Assembly: GCA_963820825.1 (NCBI GenBank)
Contig: CAWGBN010000003.1
Span: 60,876-124,875, forward strand
DNA length: 64,000 bases
Direction: 5' to 3'
Source of the DNA: Vulcanimicrobiota bacterium
Lineage (GTDB): Bacteria; Vulcanimicrobiota; Vulcanimicrobiia; Vulcanimicrobiales; Vulcanimicrobiaceae
In this document: positions 19,186-28,701 of the stretch, one piece after another
How the letters are laid out: every line of letters begins with the position of its first letter
How positions within the stretch are numbered: position 1 is the first letter of the stretch
The notes under the pieces: generated by a model
Seen by the model: only the letters and a program-made list of their open reading frames with translations
Database searches by the model: none
Told to the model about the DNA's origin: nothing
Translations under genes and position numbers: made by a program

Positions 19186-20247
19186 GCCGAGCGGCGGACG
19201 GCCGCCGCCGCCCTCGCTGCGACCGGACATGCCGCCGCCTCGCGGAGCACCACCGCCCGGAGCGTGACCGCCGGCTGCCCCTCCGTGCGAAAAGCCGCCG
19301 CTCTGCGGATGCGCGTGCGCGGTGGCAGGCGCGCTATGATGCATCGCGGTGCTGGACAGAGTATGACGCGCCGACGCGCTAGTCGAGCCGTGATGCGCCG
19401 CCGTCACCGGCGCGTTGTGATGCGCGGCAACGATGGTGTTGTGATGCATCTGCCGCTGCGCGGTTTTGCGATCGGCGGCCGTGATCGTATGCATCCCCGC
19501 CGGCCGGTGCGTCGCGCTTAGCGGGCGCGCGACGGCGGCGACGCGCGGATGACCGTGGTTCACCGCGGCGAGGAGATTGCGATCGCGAGCGGCTACCCGC
19601 TGATGCGCGCGCTGTACGGATGTCGCCACGACGCCGTGCCTGCGAGCGGCGACCTGCACCGCCGTCGGTCTCGCGCGGACGCCCCCGCGGCCGCCGTTGA
19701 AGCTCACGCGCGATCGCACGGTTCCCCTCCGGCCGATAACGGTGCGATTGACGTAGGTGTTCCTGATGACGGTTCGATTGACGTTGACGACGGCCGTGTT
19801 GTAGGTGAAGACGCCGCCGGACCAAAATCCGCCGACGAATCCGCTGCCGAAATAGCCGAAGCCGTAATCTATTCCGCCGTAGAAACCGACCGTCGGCCCC
19901 CAGTAGCCGGGATTCCAAGCGTAGGCGCCGTTGAGATAACCCCAATAGCCCGGCGTCCAGTAGAGTCCGACCGCCGGCGGCGCCGTCCAATAAGCCGGCA
20001 CCCAATAGTAGCCGTACGCTCCCCATGCCCAGTAGCCCGGAACCAACTGCCACCCCGGATATGGTGCCGGTGGAGTGGAGTAGGCGGGTAATGCCGGCGG
20101 CGGGTAACCCGCAGTAATGCCGACACCCCAGCCCGGTCCGCCGAGGGCGACACCGACGCCGATGCTCACTTGTGCCGAAGCAGCCGGCGGCACGGCGCTA
20201 ATCAGAACGGCAGCAAAGATTGCGGAGAGCGATCGTGTGATCCGCAT
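19180..20247 (-). CDS. YXWGXW-repeat secreted protein
   Basis: Repeated W-x-P-G-Y-W units, signal peptide, Gly/His-rich tail; GGAGG SD. Confidence 0.85.
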   Translation of the reverse strand: MRITRSLSAIFAAVLISAVPPAASAQVSIGVGVALGGPGWGVGITAGYPPPALPAYSTPPAPYPGWQLVPGYWAWGAYGYYWVPAYWTAPPAVGLYWTPGYWGYLNGAYAWNPGYWGPTVGFYGGIDYGFGYFGSGFVGGFWSGGVFTYNTAVVNVNRTVIRNTYVNRTVIGRRGTVRSRVSFNGGRGGVRARPTAVQVAARRHGVVATSVQRAHQRVAARDRNLLAAVNHGHPRVAAVARPLSATHRPAGMHTITAADRKTAQRQMHHNTIVAAHHNAPVTAAHHGSTSASARHTLSSTAMHHSAPATAHAHPQSGGFSHGGAAGGHAPGGGAPRGGGMSGRSEGGGGRPPLGL

Positions 20248-20318
20248 GGGGCCTCCTTGGGCGATCCGAGCATCGCCAAGGGTCTTACCCTGCTACGGGC
20301 GTGCCGAACTAAGCAGGC

Positions 20319-21707
20319 TCACTCCGTATCAACGGGTTTGTGCGACGGCGGCTCGTGCAGGAAGCGAGCCGCGCCGTACTTCGAACCGAACGGCGTGAAG
20401 GCGCGCGGCTTCTGCGTAAAATCGAAGGCATCCTCGATGCTAGCAGCGCGGCGGTCGGTATAACCGTCGGCAGTCGATCCGAGGTAGGGCAGATTGTAGG
20501 CTTGTTCGATGAATCTGATGATGCTGCCGTACTCGTACTGCGTACGATCGACGAAGGGCGAGCTCGACGTACTCTTGCGCGCGTACGGCGAGATGATGAT
20601 GCACGGCACGCGGATGCCGAGTCCGCGAAAGTCGAGATGCGGCGGCGGCGCGTTGTCGTACCATCCTCCCCAGTCGTCCCAGAGAACGACGATTGCCGAG
20701 GACTTCCAATACTTGCTCTCGCCGATCGCGTTGACGACCGACGTAACCCATGACGGACCCTGGTCGCTCCGCGATTCCGGATGGTCTGAGTCTTCCTCGC
20801 TCGGTGAAACCCAGCTGACGCTCGCAAGCGCGTCATTCGCGGGATCGGTCAGAACGGTCGTCTGCGGGGCGATGATGTTCCGATTCCAGTCGGAGCCGTA
20901 GCGAACGTATTTCATCGCTTCGAACGGCTCCCACATGCCCGCGCCGAGGAGTTCGGTTGCGTAGTATTTCCAGGAGACCCCCGCTTGGTCTAGCGTCTCG
21001 GCCAGCGTCTTCCACTGATCGAAACACGGAAACGGACCTTTGAAGGGATGCTCGACGCGATTGGGCGTGATATACGAGCTCCTCACGCCGGGAGGCGAGT
21101 CGCAGTCTTGCGGCGGGAGCCCGCTTGGGATATCGACCTCCGCCTGCGTCGGCGAGAGGTCGTCGGTTCCCGCGACCAAGGTTAAGTGTGCGGTAAAACT
21201 GCCCCCGAACTCGGTCGGAAACATGGCGTCGGCGAGCACGTACTGATTGGCCATGTCCCAATACGGCTGCACCAACGACCGCTCGACGTACGAGTAGGCG
21301 GCGTACGCACCATACTGCCCCGATCCGAACTTGTGGAAGCCGTCCATCTTGCCCTTGTCCCACTCGCCGAGCGAGGAATGCCAATCGTGCCGAAGGTTCG
21401 GACCTTTAAACGTGATCTGCTGCAGCTTGACTTTTTGATGTCCGGCATACCCGTAGAGCGGCGCGTCGGCACCCGGATAGCCGGCGAAGAAATTTTCAAA
21501 GCTGCGATTCTCTTGAATAATGACGATCACGTGCTTGATGTATTTGTGCACGGGATTGCCCGTCGCGGGAAGCTCCATCGAAGACTCTCGCGCCGCCGGC
21601 AGCGCGTTGGCTCCGACCGCCCCTGCCGTGCCCGAACCGCCGCATCCCGAGGATATAAGCAGTCCCAACGATACGAGCGCGGGCAACGGCTTGAAGTTCA
21701 TAGCCAA
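20319..21707 (-). CDS. Phosphoesterase/phospholipase C family lipoprotein (copy 1)
   Basis: QENRSFE, GSFTAH, SDHP, WDDWGGWYD, GIRVP. Confidence 0.9.
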   Translation of the reverse strand: MAMNFKPLPALVSLGLLISSGCGGSGTAGAVGANALPAARESSMELPATGNPVHKYIKHVIVIIQENRSFENFFAGYPGADAPLYGYAGHQKVKLQQITFKGPNLRHDWHSSLGEWDKGKMDGFHKFGSGQYGAYAAYSYVERSLVQPYWDMANQYVLADAMFPTEFGGSFTAHLTLVAGTDDLSPTQAEVDIPSGLPPQDCDSPPGVRSSYITPNRVEHPFKGPFPCFDQWKTLAETLDQAGVSWKYYATELLGAGMWEPFEAMKYVRYGSDWNRNIIAPQTTVLTDPANDALASVSWVSPSEEDSDHPESRSDQGPSWVTSVVNAIGESKYWKSSAIVVLWDDWGGWYDNAPPPHLDFRGLGIRVPCIIISPYARKSTSSSPFVDRTQYEYGSIIRFIEQAYNLPYLGSTADGYTDRRAASIEDAFDFTQKPRAFTPFGSKYGAARFLHEPPSHKPVDTE

Positions 21708-21804
21708 TGCAGGTTAGCCGACGGCGGTACACATACCCCTTCGGCCGGAAGGGAACCGCGCTGCCAATCCGCTTATCTGCTATACGCTCAGGCTTCCGAC
21801 TCCG

Positions 21805-22212
21805 CTACGGGCTTTGGTCTTTGAAGAAACCGTCTATGTCGTTGCTGGAATTGAGCACGAACATCAACGGCTGCATTCCGTTTGCGAACACACCGACGTA
21901 GTGATAGCGCTGGAAGCCCTGTACCGAATCCTGGCTCACGAATTGCAGCTTTTGGAAGGCGCCAAGCGGCGCGAGGTTGCTATCGACTTGCGAAATTAGC
22001 TCCGGTGTGAACGCGCCTTGCATTTTCGCGGAGAGTCCAGTGGCGGGAAGCTTTCCGGCCAGCATGTCGGTGAGGAATGCGGCGAAACGCGCGGTCAGCG
22101 CGGGGTCCGGAGCGCTCGCCGTAGGCGCCGGCGCAGGAGAGGCTTGAGCGCCTGCGGGCTGCGGGATTGCCAGCGCGATCATCGCCGCGGCGAGTGCAAC
22201 GCGATGAATCAT
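21805..22212 (-). CDS. Hypothetical secreted protein
   Basis: Signal peptide, Pro/Ala linker, small domain. Confidence 0.7.
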   Translation of the reverse strand: MIHRVALAAAMIALAIPQPAGAQASPAPAPTASAPDPALTARFAAFLTDMLAGKLPATGLSAKMQGAFTPELISQVDSNLAPLGAFQKLQFVSQDSVQGFQRYHYVGVFANGMQPLMFVLNSSNDIDGFFKDQSP

Positions 22213-22670
22213 TTCGTACTCCTTCGCCCAGCTCGTTCGCGGAGCTTATCGATTGCGAGGGCGATGCGACGGATCCGCGTTTCGGGCCTCTTCGCCGCCT
22301 CGATCCACTGGACGTATTCTTTACGGTGCGTGTACGCCATCGCATCGTACGCGCGCCGCTCACGCATCTTCATCGCTTTGGCAAAGTCGGACGGAACGTC
22401 CACGGTGCGCTCGTCGCGATCGGCTTCGATCGACAGGGTGACCCGGTCACCTCGCTCGATTTTCGCCGCGCGGCGGAGTGCAGCGGGGATTCCGAGCATC
22501 GGTCCCAGGCCCATATTGCAGATGGTCGTCCGATGCTCGATGCCGTTGACCGTCAGGCGCACCGGCACGCGAATACGGCCGCCGAACGTCGCGAGCACCG
22601 CGCCCGGCACGCGCACGTAGGTCGCCGACGACGCGGCGACGCCTTCGATGACGGCGCGGAACTGCGGCAC
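22209..22670 (-). CDS. DUF1905 + YdeI/OmpD-associated (OmdA) domain protein
   Basis: RIRVPVRLTVNG, VDVPSDF, YTHRKEYVQWIEAAKRPETRIRRI. Confidence 0.85.
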   Translation of the reverse strand: MPQFRAVIEGVAASSATYVRVPGAVLATFGGRIRVPVRLTVNGIEHRTTICNMGLGPMLGIPAALRRAAKIERGDRVTLSIEADRDERTVDVPSDFAKAMKMRERRAYDAMAYTHRKEYVQWIEAAKRPETRIRRIALAIDKLRERAGRRSTK

Positions 22671-22673
22671 GAG

Positions 22674-23207
22674 CTACGCTCTCCGCCAGACGAGAACGTT
22701 CGACGTTCCCCAGATTTCGGGCGGGAGGGTACGGATCGTCAGCGTATCGCCGGCGATTTTGAACTGGCGTTCGAGCGTCGTGCCCATGAGGTTGGTAAAG
22801 AGGCTCACCTCGACGTGATGAAAGACGCGATCGCCGCGCACTTCGTAGCGCCCGGCATAGGCGAGAAAGTTCTGCATAGCCTGGGTTCGCTGTTCTTCGG
22901 AGGCTGCCGATCCGCTCGGCGACTTCAGCTCGGGGCGGTGCGTACCGGCAAGTACCGCCGCCATTCGCTCGTCGGCGCTATAGATGAGATAGCCGACCGG
23001 GTCGGCACCAAAACGTGGTTTGGCCGTCCCCTTGCCTTCGTCGACGTCGAAGCTGACGAGGCTCCATGCACCGACTATTCCCCCCTTCGTTGCGGCTGCG
23101 GCCGTTGCGGCCGCTGCCGGCGAAACGTTGCCGAGTGCGGCGAGTAGACCGAAAGAGGCGGCTGCCTCGAGCAGCCCTTTCCGCGAAACGGAGTGCGATG
23201 AATCCAT
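22674..23207 (-). CDS. Lipocalin-like domain protein with Tat-like signal
   Basis: IVGAWSLVS, GADPVGYLIYSAD, AYAGRY, LVWRR; SRKGLL leader. Confidence 0.82.
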   Translation of the reverse strand: MDSSHSVSRKGLLEAAASFGLLAALGNVSPAAAATAAAATKGGIVGAWSLVSFDVDEGKGTAKPRFGADPVGYLIYSADERMAAVLAGTHRPELKSPSGSAASEEQRTQAMQNFLAYAGRYEVRGDRVFHHVEVSLFTNLMGTTLERQFKIAGDTLTIRTLPPEIWGTSNVLVWRRA

Positions 23208-24374
23208 TACTCGCGATTACCCTTGCTGCGGCGACTTCCTCCGCAGGCGCGTCTGCAGACGCCGCATCGCCGCTCTTTGCGCGCGGCGATTTCGGCGCAG
23301 CCGCGGCGGCGTATGTCGCGGCGCTCAAAGCGAATCCTTCGGACGCGAGTGCTCTGCTCGGCTTGGGGGCGATTCGACTCTACCAAAACGACCTGCGCGC
23401 GGCCGAACCGCTCCTGGACTCAGCGCTCGAGGCGGATCCGCAGAACGCGCGCGCAACGGCTGCTCAGCGAAGTGCTGCGCCGCCGCATGGAGGCGGCGCG
23501 CCGAACGACGATTGAGGGCGCCGAGGCGCACGTGCCGTTCGTCGCATCGGAGCCGCTGCCGGTGGTGCGGGTCGTTGCCAACGGGCGCTCCGCCGACTTC
23601 ATCGTCGACACCGGTGCCGACGTCGCGCTCGAACCGAGCTTCGCGCAGCTGATCGGCGTAAAAACGAGCAATGCCGGAAGCGGTGTCTTTGCCGGCGGAT
23701 TGCACGCGCCGGTGCAGAGCGGCACGCTTGCGTCGCTCGCGCTGGGCACCGCGACGGCATACGACGTGCCCGTGCACGTGCTCGATACGCACGCCTCGGA
23801 TCTCTTTCCAAAGCTCCACGTCGCGGGCGTCATCGGAACGACGTATTTCGAGCGCTTCTTAACGACGATCGACTATCCGCGCAACGAGCTGATTCTGCGC
23901 CCGCGTTCCGCGAGTGCGTCGGCAGCCTTTGAAGCGCAGGCGACGGCAGCGAACGCCGCGATCGTTCCCTGTTATCTCGTGGGCGACCACTTCGTCTTCG
24001 CGCAGGCGCAAGTAAATGGGGCAGAGCCGGGTCTCTTCCTGTTCGACTCCGGTCTCGCCGGCGGCGGTTTAATGCCGGCCGAGCAGCTCGTCGCGGCGGC
24101 ACAACTCACGCTCGATCGCGCTCGAGCCGACACCGGATACGGCGGAGGGGGCGCGGTTACGGCGGTCCCGTTCGTGGCGGGGCGCATTGCGGTCGGCACC
24201 GCGGTGCAATACGACGTCAAGGGAATCTATACGCCGCAAGGGACGCCGTTTGCGCTCTTTCCTTTTACCGTGTGGGGAGCGATCTCGCACGACTTTCTGC
24301 GCAACTACGCATACACGGTCGATTTCGATGCGATGAGGATCGTGCTCGCTCGCTTCGCTCGCGAGGGCGATTGA
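23198..24374 (+). pseudogene. TPR + double retropepsin-like aspartyl protease, one frameshift near 23450
   Basis: Signal peptide and TPR in one frame; FIVDTGA, GVIG, FLFDSG in the next frame. Confidence 0.8.
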
Positions 24375-24398
24375 CGGCGTTGTCGAAAGGCACGAGCC

Positions 24399-25832
24399 TT
24401 GACCCGTGCACTTCTTCTCGCCCTGATCGGTGGGATCGGTCTCACATCTTGTACCGGCAACTCGTGGGGCGTATCGACGCCCACCGGCTTGCCGCGAAGC
24501 GACGCGCGCCCCGCGCATCATCGCAGCACGTCGTATATCAAACACGTCATCATCATGATTCAGGAGAATCGTAGTTTCGACGACCTCTTCGCAACGTTTC
24601 CCGGAGCCGACGGCACCACAACGGGCAGGATACGAGGACGCCACGGCTCTCGGAGCATTCCGCTCCAGAGAGTGAGTCTGCTGGAGCCATGCGATTTCGG
24701 CCACTCGTACAACGGCTTTATCACCGACTACGACCACGGAAGAATGGACCGCTTCAACGAGGAGGGGGTGAATAAGAACTGCGAGCCCGGTCCGGCCGGA
24801 AAGCGTCCGTATCAATACGTCGACCCATCGCAGATCGGCCCATACTGGCAGATCGCGAATACTTACGTGTTGGCCGATCACATGTTCCAAACGCAAGGCA
24901 GCGGCAGCTACACCGCGCACCAGGATCTCATTCGGGGCGGAACGACGATCAATAAAAATCAGACGCGTAGTTTGGTCGATAGTCCGACGTCGCTTCCGTG
25001 GGGCTGCGACGCGGACCCCGGCACATCAACGTTCTTGCTCATCTGGAACAAGAAAAATAATACCTTACATCATCAGGGCGGCGGACCGCTTCCGTGTACG
25101 AACAAGTTCCCAGAAAAAGGAACGTACTACTACACGCTGGCCGATTTGCTCGACGCGGCGGGGGTATCGTGGAAGTACTACTCGCCCGGCGTCAAGAACG
25201 GGGTCGGCGGATATTGGAACGCGTTCGATACTATTGCGAGCGTTCGTTACGGCCCGGAGTGGGGGACGAACGTGACGACGGCAGAACCGTTCGAAAAGGC
25301 GATCTTTGGCGACATTCAGTACGGAAGGCTCGCGGCGGTCTCGTGGCTGATCCCCGACGAAGCGAACTCCGACCACCCGGGCTCGGAGAAGAACGATACC
25401 GGCCCTTCCTGGGTGGCCAGCGTCATCAATGCGGTCGGGCAGAGCCCGTATTGGGATTCCACCGCGATCGTCGTCGTGTGGGACGACTGGGGCGGATTTT
25501 ACGATCACGTGCCGCCACCGATCACCGATAACTGGGGCGGCTTGGGATTCCGCGTCCCGATGCTCGTCATCTCGCCCTACACGCGCAAAGGCAGCGGCAG
25601 CCAAGGCGGCTACATCTCGAGCACGCAATACGAGTTCGGCAGCATCCTGAAGTTCGTCGAGAACAACTGGGGATTAGCGAGTCTCAACACGACCGATACG
25701 CGCGCAAAGAGCATCGCCGATTGCTTCAACTTCTCGCACCGCGCGCGTAAGTTCAAAGCGATCGGCTCGAAGTATTCGCGCGCGTATTTCGAGCGGCAGC
25801 CACCCTCGTGGCAGCCGGTCGACAGCGAATAA
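24399..25832 (+). CDS. Phosphoesterase/phospholipase C family lipoprotein (copy 2)
   Basis: [36 protein letters not shown]. Confidence 0.9.
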   Translation: MTRALLLALIGGIGLTSCTGNSWGVSTPTGLPRSDARPAHHRSTSYIKHVIIMIQENRSFDDLFATFPGADGTTTGRIRGRHGSRSIPLQRVSLLEPCDFGHSYNGFITDYDHGRMDRFNEEGVNKNCEPGPAGKRPYQYVDPSQIGPYWQIANTYVLADHMFQTQGSGSYTAHQDLIRGGTTINKNQTRSLVDSPTSLPWGCDADPGTSTFLLIWNKKNNTLHHQGGGPLPCTNKFPEKGTYYYTLADLLDAAGVSWKYYSPGVKNGVGGYWNAFDTIASVRYGPEWGTNVTTAEPFEKAIFGDIQYGRLAAVSWLIPDEANSDHPGSEKNDTGPSWVASVINAVGQSPYWDSTAIVVVWDDWGGFYDHVPPPITDNWGGLGFRVPMLVISPYTRKGSGSQGGYISSTQYEFGSILKFVENNWGLASLNTTDTRAKSIADCFNFSHRARKFKAIGSKYSRAYFERQPPSWQPVDSE

Positions 25833-27196
25833 TTACTCCCCAGTCTGGAATTTGGTACTCGCCGTACTGCTGCATGAAGAACTTCGGCGGCAGCGGTGCC
25901 GCGATTTTGGCGAACGGATGCGGCTTCTGCGCGAAATCGAAGCAGTCGTCGGCCGGCGATCGTGCGCGCTTGTCCGCCGCCGCGAGCTGACCGAGACCCC
26001 AGAGGTTCTCGGCGAATTTTAGGACGCTCGCCGTCTCGTACTGCTTGTGCGAGACGTAGTCGTGTTTGGCGTACGGCGAGAGAATGAGCAACGGCACGCG
26101 GAAACCGAGCCCGTCGTAATCTTTGAACGGCGGCGCCACGTGGTCGTAGAGCCCACCCCAGTCATCCCATTGAATGAAGATCGCCGTCGAGTCCCAGAAC
26201 TTGCTCGTGCCGACGGTATTGACCAGCGCGGCGACCCACGAGGGGCCGTATCCGCCCGGGCAGTTCACGTGATCGGAATCGTTGCAGACCGGCGTGATCC
26301 ACGTAAAATTTCGCGAGCTTCCCGGCCCGAACGTCGGTGATAAACTTCCAGTTCGGCGAGATGACGTCTTTGCGCCAATCGGGACCGTCGTAGATGTGTT
26401 TAACCGCCTGATAGCTCGACCAGAAGCTGCCGTCACCGCTCGACGGACTGCCGTACTTGCTGGCGTAGAAGCGCCACGAAAGCTTCGCCTTATCGAGCTC
26501 GTCGCCCAGCGTTTGATAGTCGAAGCACGCGCTCTCCGGAGGCCCGATCTTGCGATCTTGCTCGATGGTCGCAACGGTGCTGCCCGAACCCAGGCCACCG
26601 CATCCCCACTGACCGGAAGGGAGGTCGACGCTCGAGTCGGCCTGCGCCGCAATGATGTACTGATGGCTTACGAAGCTCTCGTCGAGATGCGACTGGAACA
26701 TCCGGTCGGCAAGAACGCCCTCGTGCGCCATGTCGAAATACGGCTTGGAATCCTGCTGCGGCACGTAGACGTACTCGGGATATTTAAGCCCCCGCGGCCC
26801 GCCCTCGTGGAACTCCTTATCGAAACCGTCCATCCGGCAGTGCGTGCCGGGGAGCCTGCCGGTCCCATGACACGCGGCGAACATCGCCGCGGCGGAATGA
26901 TCGATGACGTACTCGATCCGCAGCGAGACCGGCGCGAGCTTAACGATTTTCCCGTTAGAGATCTTTCCGCTCGAGACCGTGTCGGCCCCGGGATAGCCGT
27001 TGAACAGGTCGTCGAAGCTGCGATTCTCCTGCACGATGTAAACGATGTGCGTGATCTTCCCCGCGCCGGTCGCATTGAGCAGTTGGATCGGCGCGCCGTC
27101 CTGCATGTACGGGAGCGAGCGCTCCGCACCGGAGCAGCCCGCTAGGGCGATCGCCGCAGCAAAGGCTGCGGCCCGGTGCGTAACGGCCGTTTTCAT
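25833..27196 (-). pseudogene. Phosphoesterase/phospholipase C family lipoprotein (copy 3), two homopolymer frameshifts
   Basis: QENRSFD..ESFVSH in one frame, FTWITP..WDDWGG..GFRVP in another (shift near 26305-26311); removing one G near 25838 restores IPDWE-stop. Confidence 0.82.
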
Positions 27197-28689
27197 TGGG
27201 GATCGCCTTGCTGAACGAGATGAGGCCGGTCAATGAAGTGCTCTGCGCTGAACTTTGCCTTTATCGAGCTGTAGGCGCGCGGCGATTGATTGTAGTTGAA
27301 GAGATCCCCGATGCTGTTCGCGCGCTGATCGGTGGTACCCACCGCTCCGAGATTCCAGTTCTGCTCGACGTATTTCAAAATGCTACCGAACTCGTACTCG
27401 GTGTGCGAAATGTTACCGCCTTGACTCGAGCTTCCTTTAATCGCATACGGCGAGAGGACCAACATCGGGACGCGAAAGCCGAGGCCGCCCTGCACGCCTT
27501 TGTACTGGTGCGGCGCCACGTGATCGTAGAAGCCGCCCCAGTCGTCCCACAGGACGATGATGACGCTCGAGTTCCAATACTTGCTCTGGCCGACGGCATT
27601 GACGACGCTTGCGACCCACGACGGCCCGTCGTCGCAGTTGCAGCCTTGCCCGGGATGATCGTTGGCATCGTCTTCCGGTATCACCCACGATACCGCGGGA
27701 AGCGCGCTCTTCGTGATGTCGTTAAAGACGTTCGTCTCGGGCCACGAGACGTTCGTTCCCCATTCGGGGCCGCTCCAGACCGGGTAGATCACGTCGAATG
27801 CGTTGAGCAGATCGGCATCGCAGGGATCCTTCCCGCCGTCGCAATCCGAGCTGGGGCTGCAACCCTGCTGCTTAGAGCTACTAAAGCAAGGCGTATAGTA
27901 CTTCCACGAAACGCCGGCGGAATCGAAACGATCGGCGATCGTTTTGTATCCACCGGCGCCGTAGTTCGGGAAGGAGTTCGAGCACGGATGAACGCTGCCG
28001 TCGTGCGCAATCTCCCCCTTGATATTGATCGTGTAGACGGTGGCGTTGGGATTATCACAGCCCCACGGCCAGTAGGTCGGATTGTCGATCAGGTTCAACG
28101 TCGAGCTATTCGGTTTGGCACAGGCTCGTATGCACGTTCCGCCGCGGATCAGGTCTTGATGTGCGGTGAAGCTGCCGCTGCCCTGGCTTTGAAAGGTGTT
28201 GTCGGCCAGCACCCAGCGCTCTGCGATATCCCAATATGGCTGGATGTCGGATTGGCGGACGTATTGATAGGGGAGCGATCCGGCCTGTTCGCCGTTCGGA
28301 CATGCGCCTTTGCCCTCCAGATTGAAGCCGTCCATCTTTCCGCCGTCGAAATCCGTCTCGAAGGCCTTGTGGCAGTGCTGCAAGTCGGTGTTCATGACGA
28401 GCGCATGCGCCTGCAGCGTCTGCCACTTATCGACGTACTTGCCTCCCTGTTTTACCTTCTTCTTGCCGCGCATCGCACCGTTGGCGCCGGGAAAGAGCGC
28501 GAATAGGTTATCGAAACTGCGGTTCTCTTGCACGATGATGACGATATGCTGGATCGGCGAGCTGCCGGCTCGTCCAAGCGAGCCCGGCGAAAGCCCCTGC
28601 GGCAGCTCCGAGCCGCCGCCGCCGCAGGCGGCGAGAGCGCAGCTGACGATGGCCGCACCAGTCCAGCAATATAACGAACGGTGCATCAC
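27193..28689 (-). CDS. Phosphoesterase/phospholipase C family lipoprotein (copy 4)
   Basis: [32 protein letters not shown]. Confidence 0.9.
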   Translation of the reverse strand: MMHRSLYCWTGAAIVSCALAACGGGGSELPQGLSPGSLGRAGSSPIQHIVIIVQENRSFDNLFALFPGANGAMRGKKKVKQGGKYVDKWQTLQAHALVMNTDLQHCHKAFETDFDGGKMDGFNLEGKGACPNGEQAGSLPYQYVRQSDIQPYWDIAERWVLADNTFQSQGSGSFTAHQDLIRGGTCIRACAKPNSSTLNLIDNPTYWPWGCDNPNATVYTINIKGEIAHDGSVHPCSNSFPNYGAGGYKTIADRFDSAGVSWKYYTPCFSSSKQQGCSPSSDCDGGKDPCDADLLNAFDVIYPVWSGPEWGTNVSWPETNVFNDITKSALPAVSWVIPEDDANDHPGQGCNCDDGPSWVASVVNAVGQSKYWNSSVIIVLWDDWGGFYDHVAPHQYKGVQGGLGFRVPMLVLSPYAIKGSSSQGGNISHTEYEFGSILKYVEQNWNLGAVGTTDQRANSIGDLFNYNQSPRAYSSIKAKFSAEHFIDRPHLVQQGDPQ

Positions 28690-28701
28690 GAGTGTTCCAT
28701 C

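Noticed and set aside
19850..20110. Repeated CCAGTAG/CCAATAG units as a possible CRISPR or DNA repeat array
   Set aside because: They encode Tyr-Trp in the YXWGXW protein; no constant repeat-spacer structure and no cas genes
5323..26315. Programmed ribosomal frameshifting as the explanation for the split genes
   Set aside because: The indels fall in unrelated genes at short homopolymer or dinucleotide runs with no shared slippery motif; sequencing error is more parsimonious
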